Assembly (NCBI GenBank): GCA_009602735.1
Contig: WELA01001020.1
Coordinates: 234,356-298,355, forward strand
Reading direction: 5' to 3'
Source of the DNA: Mesotaenium endlicherianum
Taxonomy: Eukaryota
DNA: 64,000 bases
The notes under the pieces were generated by a model. That model did not search any database. It was given only the letters and a program-made list of their open reading frames with translations, and was not told where the DNA came from. Positions 1 to 12,592 of the stretch are shown here, piece by piece (the first letter of the stretch is position 1; the number at the start of each line of letters is the position of its first letter). Position numbers and translations under genes: made by a program.

Positions 1-80
1 CCCCGGCCCCCTCGGCCCCTGCCCGCCTCCCAAAAAGGCACCTGCTTACACTTGTTGATGAGTGCTATTCATGAGTGCAG

Positions 81-3000
81 GGAAATGTGAGCGTGACGAT
101 TACGAATGCAAGCTTCCGCAACAACAGCGCCGCAGAAGGCAACGGCGGAGCCGTGTCTTCAGCTGGCTTCGACTCGCAGTTTGTGGACTCCCTGTTTGAG
201 AACAACACGGCGGCTCTCAGCGGAGGCGCCATCTCCGGTACGCCACCAACGCCCCTACAACTCTCCCCCTCCTGCTTCCCTATCTTTCCCCTTTTCTGTT
301 TCTTCACCAGTTTGAGCTCGCACGCCTATGCTACGTGACATGCCATGGGGTGGTGGAAGTTCTGGCAGCATGCATCCTCAGCTCGTGGGTTGTCAAAAAT
401 TGCATGCCGTTGCAGGTTGCTTGTGCGTCGTGGTCATGCGTCATCATTCCTACATTTTGTATAGATATGTATATACATATATGTATGTATGGTTGCACAT
501 GCTGCCACGGGCCTCTTCCTTGCCACTTCAGGTCCGTGCAGCTGCTCTTGCGGGGGTGCAAGGCTAGTGTTGCGATCTATATGCAGGCCATGTGCCCACG
601 CCGCCGAGGGCGCCTCACCCACAATCTCGACTCCTGTGCCCCAGTAACACGCACCTGCTTGCCTCATGGTGTGGTACGCTAAGCTAAGCTGCTCTGGGCT
701 GGGCCGTGCTGGGCTCTGCTGTGCCGTGCTGGGCTGGGCTGGGCTGGGCTGGACGCGGTTGGACTCTGGAGGAACAGTGGTGGGCGTGCAGAGCGTGGGA
801 AAGGCGACAGCTGGCGTCATCCGGGGCTGCACCTTCCGGGGCAACCAGGCTCCCCTGGGGGGCGGGGCCCTGAACGTGGCCAGCGAGGCGGCAGCCAGCG
901 TGAGCGGGTCCGTATTCTCGGAGAACAACAGCACCAAGGGGGGGGCCATCCTCGTGGACGGCTTTGCCACCGCACAACTCGACAACTCCACGTGCAGCTG
1001 GAACACGTGAGAGCACCTCCTTTCTCTCTCTCTTGTTCTCTGTTTGTTTGTGTCTCTTTCTCTCTCTTTTCTCAATCTCTCAGGCCGCCTCATGGTGGCT
1101 GGTTGCTACGGCCAAGTTTTGTGAGTGACTGACGCGGACCTGCAGGCTTTTAGCATGTTGACCCTGTCCGATGCATTCGTTCTGTTGTCTGGTAAGACGA
1201 CTATTGGTAAGGCCCACGCAATCGTTTGTGAACAATGTGGAGGACGTAAGCTTTTCTGCTCTCATGCGTGTGTATGCACGAGTACATCCGCTACAGAGAG
1301 GCAGGAACTGGAATCATGCATGCAAACTCATTGTTTTGGACGCACTCCAAGCTCAGTGACAGCCCCTTGCTTAACGCAGAGCCTGTGCCGGTGGGCTGGG
1401 GCTGAGCAGAGCGTCCATGGGAGGAGGATGCCTGTCGCTGCAGTCATTTGCATCGGCCAACATCTCAGACACCGGCTTCTTCGAGAACTACGGCCTCAGT
1501 GAGGGCGGGGCGCTGCGCCTCACCGGCTCCACCTCTCTCCTCTTGACCAGGTTTGTCGTCCCTGTCCTCCCATGCCTCTGCCTCTGCCTCTGCCTCTGCC
1601 TCTGCCACACGGGCACCTTCCGATGGTTTCCGGTCTGACTCGTCGCGTCTTCATCTGTGCCGACAGAGCGACTTGATGCAGCACTGGTGGGGGACACGGT
1701 TCATCGCGTAGACACCTTCCAAAGTTGAAGCGCTTTCGCAGTAGCTCTTACCCTCTCCAGATATGTAGGTCTGTCATTTCTTCTCCCCGTGCGTGACGTG
1801 AGGGACCCTCCCACTGAGGCACAAGTTGCGCTGTGCTGCTCCTCCCGCATGAGCCCGTCGTGCAGGTGCAACATCACGGCCAACACCGCCAGTTCGGGTG
1901 GGGCGCTGTGGGCCGAGCTCAACTCCAAGTTCACCGCGGCCGAGAACACGCTGTTTGCCGACAACGAGGCCCTCTACCAGGGGGGCGCCGTGTACCAGAC
2001 GCACCAGGCGCAGAGCGTGTGGCTCGTGGCCACGCTGCGCCACAACCGCGCGCCCGTGGGCGGGGCCATGCTGGCCAACGGGGGCGCCGTGGTGCAGGTC
2101 ACCGGCTCGGTCCTGCTCAACAACACCGGCACTGCTGTCGTGCTTCAGGTGCAACTATATACAAACGCCCCCCCCCNNNNNNNNNNNNNNNNNNNNNNNN
2201 NNNNNNNNNNNNNNNNNNNNNNNNNNNNNNNNNNNNNNNNNNNNNNNNNNNNNNNNNNNNNNNNNNNNNNNNNNNNNNNNNNNNNNNNNNNNNNNNNNNN
2301 NNNNNNNNNNNNNNNNNNNNNNNNNNNNNNNNNNNNNNNNNNNNNNNNNNNNNNNNNNNNNNNNNNNNNNNNNNNNNNNNNNNNNNNNNNNNNNNNNNNN
2401 NNNNNNNNNNNNNNNNNNNNNNNNNNNNNNNNNNNNNNNNNNNNNNNNNNNNNNNNNNNNNNNNNNNNNNNNNNNNNNNNNNNNNNNNNNNNNNNNNNNN
2501 NNNNNNNNNNNNNNNNNNNNNNNNNNNNNNNNNNNNNNNNNNNNNNNNNNNNNNNNNNNNNNNNNNNNNNNNNNNNNNNNNNNNNNNNNNNNNNNNNNNN
2601 NNNNNNNNNNNNNNNNNNNNNNNNNNNNNNNNNNNNNNNNNNNNNNNNNNNNNNNNNNNNCCCCCCCCCCCCCCCCCCCTCCTCTCCTCATCGCATCCCG
2701 CGCGCCCCACGTGTGGCTTGAACAAGAATGCCTGCAATCTCTATGCACTGGCCACGTTTCGGGGTTTCTATGATGTGTGGGTGACAAAGCCGGCCCATTA
2801 GGTGGCGTGTCAGAGGCAGCCGCCCGCCTGCTCCTGTGGGTTTACAACCTGTATGGCCAAACACATGGCCAACGAAGGAGGGAGGGAGTCATTCGTAGGC
2901 TGCTTGATTCATCAGCCCAAGAGCATCCATCCATTCAGCCAGCTGTGCACGGATGCATGGTACTGACCTCTTCCTCTTTCTCTCCCCCTGTGTGTGTGTG

Positions 3001-6000
3001 CGTTCGATTTGGCTCGTGTGGGCAGGGCAACGCAAAGTGCGACCTGAAAGCGTGCGCGGTCGTCAACAACACGGCCTCCAGCGCCGGCACTGGGGGAGGG
3101 GTGCTGCTCACGGACACGGCTCTCCTCAGCATGGAGGGCACCGTGCTTCGCTCTAACCGGGCCACTCTGGGAGGGGCCGTCCGCATGGAGGGCCAGGTGA
3201 GCATGTGTCGAATCTGCACGTGTCTCTGTTCCTGCAGCCTCTCCCTGCCTCTGTACGCACAGTCAGAGCCCCCACGCTGGCGATCAGGGAAAGCAGTGGT
3301 GTCTCGCTCCCTCTGCTCCCTTTTATTTTCTATTTGCTTGCTCGTTGAGAGTGCGGGTGGGCAAAGAAGCTCATCGCATCCATGGGGAGAGAGAGGCTTG
3401 TGATGGCCATCTGCATTGCTGTCCTGCAAGGCAATCTCCCCTACAAGGATCCAAAGCTTATTGCTTCATAATCTTTATCGTTGCCGTCATCCATATCATC
3501 CGACAACTGCACAAGTGCTCATGCCCTCATTGCCTTGGACTCCAGCGCCAGTCCTGTGCTCAAGGAGGGGACGCTGTGCCCCCTATCTTTCAACTCACGC
3601 CTCTCTCCTCTCCCCTCTCCTCTCCTCTCCTCTCTCCTCTTCTCGTCCTCCTCGAGCAGTCGAACGCGACCATCACCGCGTGCCAGTTTGCCATCAACTC
3701 CGCCACGCAAGGAGGGGCGCTTTCGGCGGCTGGGTCGGCGTACTTCAGAATCACGGCGGGCAGCATGATCGACAACTCGGCCTCGGCGTCAGGCGGCGGC
3801 ATTGCCACCGTGGACAACACGAGTGGCATCATCTCGCAGACCAAATTCGTCTCCAACCAGGTACCTTATGGTGTCCCCCAGAGGCCCTCGTGATGGGAGA
3901 GAGCAGCACAACCGCCACGTAGGGCTCTGCCGGCTGTGCTCTTGCTGAGAGGCAGGCGGGGTAGCGGAAGGGGCGAGGGAGTGGGGCGTGCCTGCCTACC
4001 TTGCCTCAATAGCAAGTGCACGCTCTCTCCCCCACACACACTATCTCGCGCTCTCCATATGGTTCTGGGGCACTTGCAAGTGACGTTGTCCCACAGGAGA
4101 CTGTCGAGAGAGCACCTTTTATTTTTCATCGCGATGCCGGCGTAGACGGTTGATGACACTTGCGCGATGGCCTCGTCCTTGCCTTCTCGGCCAAATGATT
4201 TCGGCTGCCTTGGATTTGACGGGATGAAGGATAATGTTTCTCCTTAACTATCTGCCAAGATCATAAAAATTGCTGTTCTGGTCCCAGCAGCTGTCATTCA
4301 GTGTGCAAAGCGACTTGCAGGGAGCACTGTCCCGCCGCACACATGCCTAGGACAAGAAAAGCGTGTGAAGTAACCTCTTCTGCCACCCCTCGTTTCCCCC
4401 TCGTTCCGTGGCTGTGCGTGTGCATGTGCCCCATTGCCTCGCCCACAGGCGGGTGGCAACGGAGCGGGAGTGTACATCGAGCGCAACCCAGTGAGCCGGG
4501 GGCGCTCCGAGCTTGTGGCCCTGCGCTGCCAGCAGCTCACCTTCAACAACAACGTCGCACACGTCAGGTACATCGCACCCCTTCCTCTCCCCTCCCCTCC
4601 CATCCCCTCCCGTCCCCCGCCCTCCGCTTCTCTGCCCTCGCCACTACGACATTGCTGCTTTCCCCGGGCCTGGGGTCACGCGTGGTGCCCTTGCCTCCAG
4701 CGCTGTCCATTCACAGCCAAATTGCACTACGCTGTTATACACTGGGCTTGCCGAGAGTGGGCCGCTAGTCGCAATGCAAAAATTCCTCAGCAAAGAGCTC
4801 CTCGCCAGCCGCCTCACGGGATTAGTGGGGCAGCGCCCGCGCACATCGTGCCTCTCGCTCTCACTCGCTTTCATTCATCGGCCTATCGGGCTCTTCCTGG
4901 CATTCGTGCTCGCTTCCTCTGCTGCTGCTTGTCGCCGCCGTGCTGCGCTAACTGGCTTGCGCGGAGAGCGGGGGGGTGTGCCGCGTGCAGCCAAGGGGCT
5001 GCGTTCTACGAGGCCACGTACAACCCCGCCTTCCGCACCACCTGCGAGGAGTGCAACTTCGGCACCGTCAACGACACCCTGGGCAGCGTGGCCTCCAGCA
5101 TCAGGTGCACCGCCCCTGGCACTTCCCTTTGCCCTCCATGACCAAACCTCCCCCCCCNCGTACCCAATTCCAAGTTCGCAGGAGGAGGTTCTCCTTTCCC
5201 TGCATCTTTTTTTGGTCATCCTCCATCTCTAGCTCCCAGTGCACCCCCGCTGCTCCTGTTGCCGCCGCCACCGCCGCTGCATTTTCCTCCAGCCAGAAAG
5301 AAAAGCAGAAGCCCACCTCACGAGTCCCCGAGCGACTCTTCTTGCACCTCAGGAGAAAAGTTGCTGACTCCTCCGTATGATGAACCCGTTCTGCTCTGCT
5401 CGTCCTGCAGGCTTCTGTGGCCGGGCGCCAACGACACGGGCCTAGGCGTCTTCCGCGTGTGGGCCTCGTCCCAGGAGCCAATCACGGGGCTCCAGGTGGA
5501 GGTCCTCGACTCGTATGGCGAGAGGGCCTCGCAGGACAACACGTCGGTGGCCACCGTGGAGTCCTCCAGCAACCGGGTGGGCGGCATCCTGAGCGGCACG
5601 GCCAATGCAGGCCTGGCGTCGATCCCCAGCATCTCCGTCAACGTGCCGGCGGACGAGTCGGCCGACCTCACCTTGCTGGTGGGTGCAACTCGCCCGCCCG
5701 CCCCGCCCTAGCCAGCCCCGCTTGGGGCCTGTGCCAGGCTCCGGCAAGCGAGGGCTCGCTCGCACCCTTCTCCTGCCGTTCTTTATCTCCCTTTTCCTCG
5801 GAGAATATGACTACCCAGTCGCTCCCTAATTAAGGGCTTGCAATATCGGACCAGAGAGTGCCTCCATCTCTCCCGTTGTGTGTACATGAAAGAGAGAGAC
5901 GCTGCAAGGACCTGATCTTGTGTGCGCGCCAGCTCAGAGCTCGGGGGTGAGGGGCCTACCAAGCTGCCAGCAGTGAGCAGCAGGTGCCTCCTCGCAGACC

Positions 6001-9000
6001 TTGCATGCCACCCCGCGCACGTGCCGCTAGCATGCATTCCTTCGCGTGCCAGCTCTCGCCCGCGCACACCACCGCCACCACGACAGGTCAGTCTCTGACG
6101 GGACACCCACACTTGGTGGAAATTTTGTGATGGGGCAGGTCAAGGTGGTGAGCCCCACGCAGAGCTTCCCCCCGATCTCGCGCGTGTTCCAGGTGTCCTT
6201 CTGCCCCGCCGGCACCTCCTACAGCACCTCCAACCACTCGTGCTCGGCCTGCCCTCGCGGCCACTGGTGAGAGTCCTGGCCCCTGGCCCCCTGGCCCCCC
6301 TTCCCCCCCCCCTTACTTGCTTGGAGAGAAGGTTCTGACTGCTAGCAGGGGGAGCGCGGCAGCCTGTGTGCTCTGTGAGGAGCCATAGAGTAGGCGGGTG
6401 TAGCTCTCAAGCTGGTGTGTGAGCGCATGCACAGGATTGCGTAGCTGTTTATGCCAGAGCTGGCGAGAGCGGCTGCGTCTGTGTCAATACACCGTGGCAG
6501 TGCCGGGCTCTTTCTTTAGCCAGTAGTACATAGGGGGGCCTCCAGAGCCACGCGGCCTTCCTCTCCAGCGCGCTCTCCCTGTAAGTGCAACGCGACAGAA
6601 CAATATGGCACCCCGGCGGCTGCTGACAAGCGGAAGGCGGGCGTGGGAGGGTGCAGGTGTGCCGCGGGCCAGGCCATGGAGTACTGCCCACCCGGAACCT
6701 TCACGTTCAAGCTGGGCTCGCAGAGCGCCGCCGACTGCGTGGAGTGCGACGAGAGCGAGGGGCTGTCGTGCGTGAGCGGCAGGGCCCAGGTGAAGGCGGG
6801 CTACTGGCTGGACTCCAGCAGCCTCAGTCTCAACAACAGCAAGCCCGCCGTGTACACGTGCGACCTCACGCGCGGCTGCTCGGGCTTCCAGGTGGATGAA
6901 GACTTCCAGCAGTGCAAGCCCGGCTATGAGGGCAGGTGCGTGTTGTCGCCCATCGCGTGCACCGGGAGAGCCTCGACTGCTCCCTGCCCAGCTGGCCCGC
7001 TTGCTTGCGGCGCTTCTCATAGTGGTCTGTCGGGGTTCCGCGTCACGTTCGAAGAAACGTCGGCACTGCTCCGCACCCGGTTGCTTGCGGTGCTACCTGT
7101 GGTGCTCCAGGGGGGCGGGTGTCAGGGTCCCCTACTGAGCACTCCCTTGTGGCGGAGGCCGCACATACTCGGGCTATAACCTGGGCGTTTGCTTGCCTTT
7201 CCTTCATCTTAGCCAATGTTCATCTAGATAGGTGCATGTGGCAGGTCTTCTTTGCGGCTCCTTGCATTAAAAGCCTGCTCTAGTAGCAATTGCAAAGAAG
7301 ACGGCCGCTCTGCCCTCGTCCTTGTCGCTGCAGCCGCAGCAGGACGAGCAGCCTCACAAGTCTGTTCGTGCTCACACACACTCTGTGCCACCCAGGCGCA
7401 CACTGGGCCTGCCACTGCTTCGCTCTCGCCTCCCTGCACATCTGATCAACTGTACGTATCTGGTGCCTGTGTGCTTGATTGTGTGCGTGCGTGCGTGCAG
7501 GGTGTGCGCAAAGTGTACCGACGGGTACTACGCGTTCCTGAGCATGTGCAACCGCTGCACGGGGCTGTACAGGGGCATGCCCTTTGTGTTCCTCTGCGTC
7601 CTCGTGGGCATCGTGTGGCTCATCCTCAACTGGGTGTCCACCAAATTCAATGGCGCCGACACGGTGCTGGTGGAGATTCAGCTGCTGGCGGTGATCGCGA
7701 TGTACAACCTCAACAACTTCCCGGGCTCGTGGGTCGACTCCATCATGCAGGCCTTCAACCTCGCCCTCTTCTACCCTGGTGAGAGTCCACACCGGAATTT
7801 CAAGGGGATTTTTTTGACTATGCCAATGGCACCCCATCGCTTGTTCTTCACACACACACACACTCACACTCACACTCACACACACACACACGCACACACA
7901 CACATGCATACACACGTCTACATACATATACCCCCCTCTGGTCTTCCTCCCTTCCCTCCCAACCTGCTGACTTACTGTTTCTGCTACTTGAGACAAAAGC
8001 TGAAGCTGAGGTGCCACAACTCATGAACTGCTGCTTCTCACGTGTTCCTGTGCCCCTGTGGGCATTTGTGTGCTTCTGCGTGCACGTGTATGCAGACGTG
8101 CGCGCTCCCATGTGCCTCATGCACTTTCTTTTGTTTGTGGGTTTTATGTGTGTGTCTGGGCGTGCTTGCGTGTGCGTGGGAGGGGGGTGTGCAGACTTCC
8201 TGGGGCCCGAGTGCGAGATGGGCAGCTACACGTACGGCGCGCGGTGGGCCTTCACGGCGCTGCTGCCGCTGGTGGGCGCGGGGCTCTACTTCCTCTCCTT
8301 CTTCTTGCACGACACGCTCAACCGCCTCGCAGGCCGGCACGGCGCGCTGGCGTTCCTGCGCAGCCAGCGCACCAAGGGCGAGCGCATGGTGACGCTCATC
8401 AAGCGCGTGGTGAACCTGTTTGACATCCTGTACGTGCCCGTGGTGGTGCGCGTCTTCCAGGCGCTGCACCACCAGCAGTACGACCAGAAGGTGCTCAGCG
8501 CCGACCCCGCCGTCGTGTGGCTGTCGCCCACGCACGTCCGCCTGCTCGTCCCCGCCATCCTCTACCTCGGTAACTTTCTTGCTCCTGCTCCCTTGGGGGC
8601 CTCCCTCCTGCTCTCTCTTCGTCCCTCTCGTTGTGAGCGCGCTCGCGGTGGCGATGTGGTGCGGGGGAGCTTGGCCAGGAGATGGTGCAATAGTGTTTGC
8701 GCTCATTCGTGTTGCGACATCATTGCACGTGGAGCAGCGATGGGTGCCAAGACGGGGTGCTCTTCTCCTCCGCGACACGCATATGTGCATATTCGCGTAC
8801 GTGTGCGTGTGAGCATGTGCGTGCCTGCGTGTCTCAGCCTGGAGCGTGTTGCCGTCCATCCTCTCCCGTGCTGCACTGGACTGGCCGCGCTTTGTGATGT
8901 CCTCATGCTGACCCATGCTTCCGCGCTATCTGTGCTCTGCTGTGCTTTGGGGGCTGCAGTGGCCTACGTGGGCGGGCTGCCCCTACTGTTCTCGTGGCTG

Positions 9001-10850
9001 CTGGTGAAGGGCAAGGTGCAGGGCCTGCTGCACGACGAGGCGTTCCTGGACCGCTACTCGCGCCTTTACGAGCGCTACGAGGCGCCCTATTGGTGGTGGT
9101 ACGTGCCCATGGTGTGGGGCCGCCGCGTGATCTACGCGGCCATCGCCGTCTTCTGGAGCGCCAACCCTGACCTTCAGGTGCGTGGGTCCTCCTCACGCAA
9201 GCGCCGCCACTTATCGTGCTGCTCCTCCTCCTCCTCTGCCTCCTCTGCTCCTGCTCCTTCTGCTCAGACTCCAGCTCAAACTTAGCATCCTTCACATCGT
9301 GCGCTGTCTTATGATTCACCAAGCCTCTTGCGTCCTCCTGCATTCTCCTTTCCCTGTGCAGCCGATGCCGTTCTGAGGCTGCTCGATTGCATGCGTGCAT
9401 TCGTGCGTGTGTGCGTGTGCGTGTGCGTTTGTGTGTGTGCACCTGTCCCCGGCGTCTTTCGCTTGTTTTGCCTTTCTGTTCAAAATCTTCGCAGTATTTC
9501 TCTCCAAGTGAACCTTTGCTGTGCCCCTGCGAGCTTCCAAATTGCACAGGGGGACGATCTCAAGGCCACACAGACAGCACATAGCGTGGGCCTTCCAGAA
9601 GATGCCTGGTGCACATATTTCACTGGCAGCTCTTCCTGCACGCATAACAGTATGGGTATGCCAAGTATGGGGACGCCGCGTACATCCTTCCATACACCAC
9701 GAGAGCTCGCCCTCCCTGACACGCGTGTGGCGCCTGCGCGTGCGCGTTCGTGCGAGTGTGTGCGCAGGCGTTCATCACGTTCCTGCTCCTGCTGGTGACG
9801 GGCGTGGTGCACTACTTCTCCCGCCCCTACAAGGCGGCCAGCCTGGACTACCTGTTCGGCGTGCTGCTGCTGGGCCAGTACCTGTACCTGCTGGGCGCCG
9901 TGGCCAATACCTACTTCACGTCGTACGTGGCGGGCTCGCCCGCGGAGGCGCTGGTGGGGACGGCCGAGATCCTCTACATCTGCGCCATCTGCCTGGTGCT
10001 GTTCTACGAGATCCACGTGATGTGGTCGCAGTACGTGGTGCGGCAGTGGGCGCGCGCCAACGCGGCCATGGGGCTGCCGGTGGATGACGGGCCGAGCAGC
10101 GGCGGGAGCGGGAGCGGCAGCGGGGGGGCCTCGATGGCGGGGCTGGTGCCGCTGGAGCAGGTGAGCGCGTGGTTCAACCCGCGCGTGGTGGCCGCCTTCT
10201 TCCAGGATGCGTCGGTGGAGGACCTGCAGCTGATGCAGACGATCCGGCGCTCCTTCTCAGCCGAGGTGCCCACGCACGAGGAGTTCCAGCTCACCTGCGA
10301 GGTGCTGGACCGCATCCCCAAGACGATGCGCTACGCTGTCATCAACCAGCTCATCTTCAACGACGACGGCTGCGGGCCCGACTCGCCCAACCTGCTGCCG
10401 TCGTACAACCCCAAGTCGCCCGCGGGCTTCGCCGGCGCCGCCGCGGACCTCAAGTCGCCCACGGCGCTCATCTCCACCTCGCGGCGCGGCCAGCTGTCGA
10501 TCCGCTCCGACAACTTCGAGAAGACGGAGGGCCTGCGGCGCCTCGGGGAGCTCCGCACAATGGCGGAGGTGGGCGTGTCGGAGGGCAAGAAGGCCGGCGA
10601 CTCCGTGCGCGTTATGCTCAACCCGCAGAGCATGGAGATTGTGGCCACCTGGCTGCTGTTCGGGGGCGTGGAGGGCCGCCGCGCGCTCAAGGAGCTCGTC
10701 ACCAAGTTCCGCGTGTGGCTCTATATCACGCCCACCGAGAAGAGCCTGGTGAGCAGCATGATGGGCGGCAGCAGCGTCGTCGAGGAGCACCCCCTGGAGC
10801 TCACCATCCGTCGCAAGATGCGCCTCTGGCTGCTCCAGCTCTTCATCTGA
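81..10850 (+). CDS. Large multi-pass membrane receptor/adhesin-like protein (5' truncated): Pmp-like parallel beta-helix repeats + Ig-like segment + Cys-rich repeats + ~9 TM helices + cytosolic tail
   Basis: Phase-consistent GT-AG exons: 81-237, 778-1006, 1410-1550, 1866-2148, 3026-3196, 3660-3860, 4449-4567, 4991-5104, 5411-5678, 6139-6266, 6657-6935, 7501-7778, 8195-8569, 8960-9177, 9768-10850(TGA). Repeated FxxN..A..GGA(I/L/V) motifs (FRNNSAAEGNGGAV, FENNTAALSGGAI, FSENNSTKGGAI, FADNEALYQGGAV). VEVLDSYG Ig-like motif. CPAGTSYS..CSACP, CPPGTF..CVEC and GYW..C..C..GYEGRVCAKC Cys-rich modules. Hydrophobic helices with LYERYEAPYWWW and RPY motifs. An exon could be hidden in gap 2177-2660. Confidence 0.88.
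2177..2660. other. Assembly gap (N run) flanked by poly-C; similar gaps at 14123-14341, 19727-20423, 42723-42837, 48345-49018, 55040-55222
   Basis: N runs, each bordered by C/G homopolymers or C/G-rich tracts. Confidence 0.99.
7849..7915. repeat. Imperfect (CA)n microsatellite in intron
   Basis: cacacacacacactcacactcacactcacacacac... Confidence 0.85.
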
Positions 10851-12592
10851 GCCGTTCGGCCGTCACCCTGTGGCTGATCTTTAAGATACATTTTCCCCTT
10901 GCCCTCTTCTCCCGCTTCGTCCCAAAAAAAACAAGAAAGAAAAAGGAAATTTGCAACCATCCCGTCCTTCCCCTCTCCTTCCCTCCTTCCTCGGGGAAGG
11001 GGGTGAAAACCTTGTACAATCACCAGGCATACAAACTGTAGCTTCGCAGATAGTTTTGGCTGCCAGCACACCGCACATGTCAGTCTCTGGAACAAGAGAG
11101 CTGACAACACTCGTGTGCAACCAGGCTATTCCCTCGCTTAAACTTGTGTTTCTTTCAATTATTTCATTTTTGAGTCGTAGAGCTAGCAGCTGATGAGTAC
11201 AGCACAAGTAGATCTGTATTCATTTCTTTTAGGTTGGTTGAAGGTGGTGGTTAGGTAATTGTAAATTATATTGTGCAGCAAAGTAGTACTTTAGATGCAA
11301 TCTCATTCTTAATTTATTGTTTTTGCTAGTTTTAAATGTAACACGTGAGTATTGTAACAAAGGTTTCCAAAGCCTGCAGACCTTGATAGAGAATTTCCCC
11401 TTGACGGAATCCTGAAGATGAATTTTAATTTGTTAAACAACACTTCTAATTATATCCTTGGGAAAAGATGTCGACGAGTTTTCATGGCAAAAGCATGTCA
11501 GTCTACAAGCACATTGTAACCGATTATACATCTAATCACATCGCATATACTAGAGATATATCCATGAGGAACGACGACATTTCAAGGAAATTTAATGTGC
11601 GCCTCAAACCGTACGAATCAAAGTCGAGCACGTCTACTACGTCCCCTGATGAAAGTATAGTGTCACACATATTATTTGCAAAGTTGCTGATTAGTATGTA
11701 TTTGAATGGAATTTATTCTTAATGAACATCATCTTGATGCACACTTAAACCCTTGTCTCAACGTTGGCACTGCTTATAAGAACAAGTTCAAAAAGAGTTT
11801 TAGCCGCTTGCATTCTTGAAGTTTAGGCATCGTGAAGCAAAAATCAAAAGCAAATTTGTAAGTGGTTGCAAAACATGAATGAAAAAAGGAGTAACTTCTA
11901 TCTAATTGGCAATGTTTTCCATAAACATCTTGTGATATATGAAGGGCATTATATGAAAGAACATGGCACTAATTCTCAAGAGACCAGATTTTGGGACATA
12001 TTTGTTTCCCCTCAAAGTGTGACTAGATTTCCGCGACTCAAGATCATCTTTATTACGAACTTTGTTGCTTTCCTTTACCGGTTCGTTATTAGTCACCTTC
12101 ACCACAGCTATATGTATGGGGAAACCTCTTGGTCCAGTTCAAGTATTCTCTCTTAAGAAGAAGTTTGAAAATAGTCGCTATTGCTTGCCGTCGTTAGGGC
12201 GTCGCTGGTTCACGATATGACCGAACAACAGAGTTCCCAACATAATTAGTACTCTGTACGGACAATTTGCAAGATGCAGTCGTTTCGCGAACTGGCTTCT
12301 GCTCACGTCATGTAGGGAGCAACATGCCGCCAGTCCTTCGGCTGCTTGCGCTCTGGTCTAACATCCTGCAAACGTTTTAAGAGTGCGGAGCTCTTATTAC
12401 TTAGTCTACAAAGCAAAGTTGAAATTGGCGCGGCACGGCTCCCTTCAGAGCTTCCCGTTAGTACGACTATAAAGTGCATGTAGTGGTCAGGTTTCCGTGG
12501 TGAAGTTTGAACAGCAAGGCCAATCGAATCCGCACCCTGTTCAGTTTGGAGCTTCTATTAGGAGGGTTCCTTTTTGACAGAATACTCTAAGA

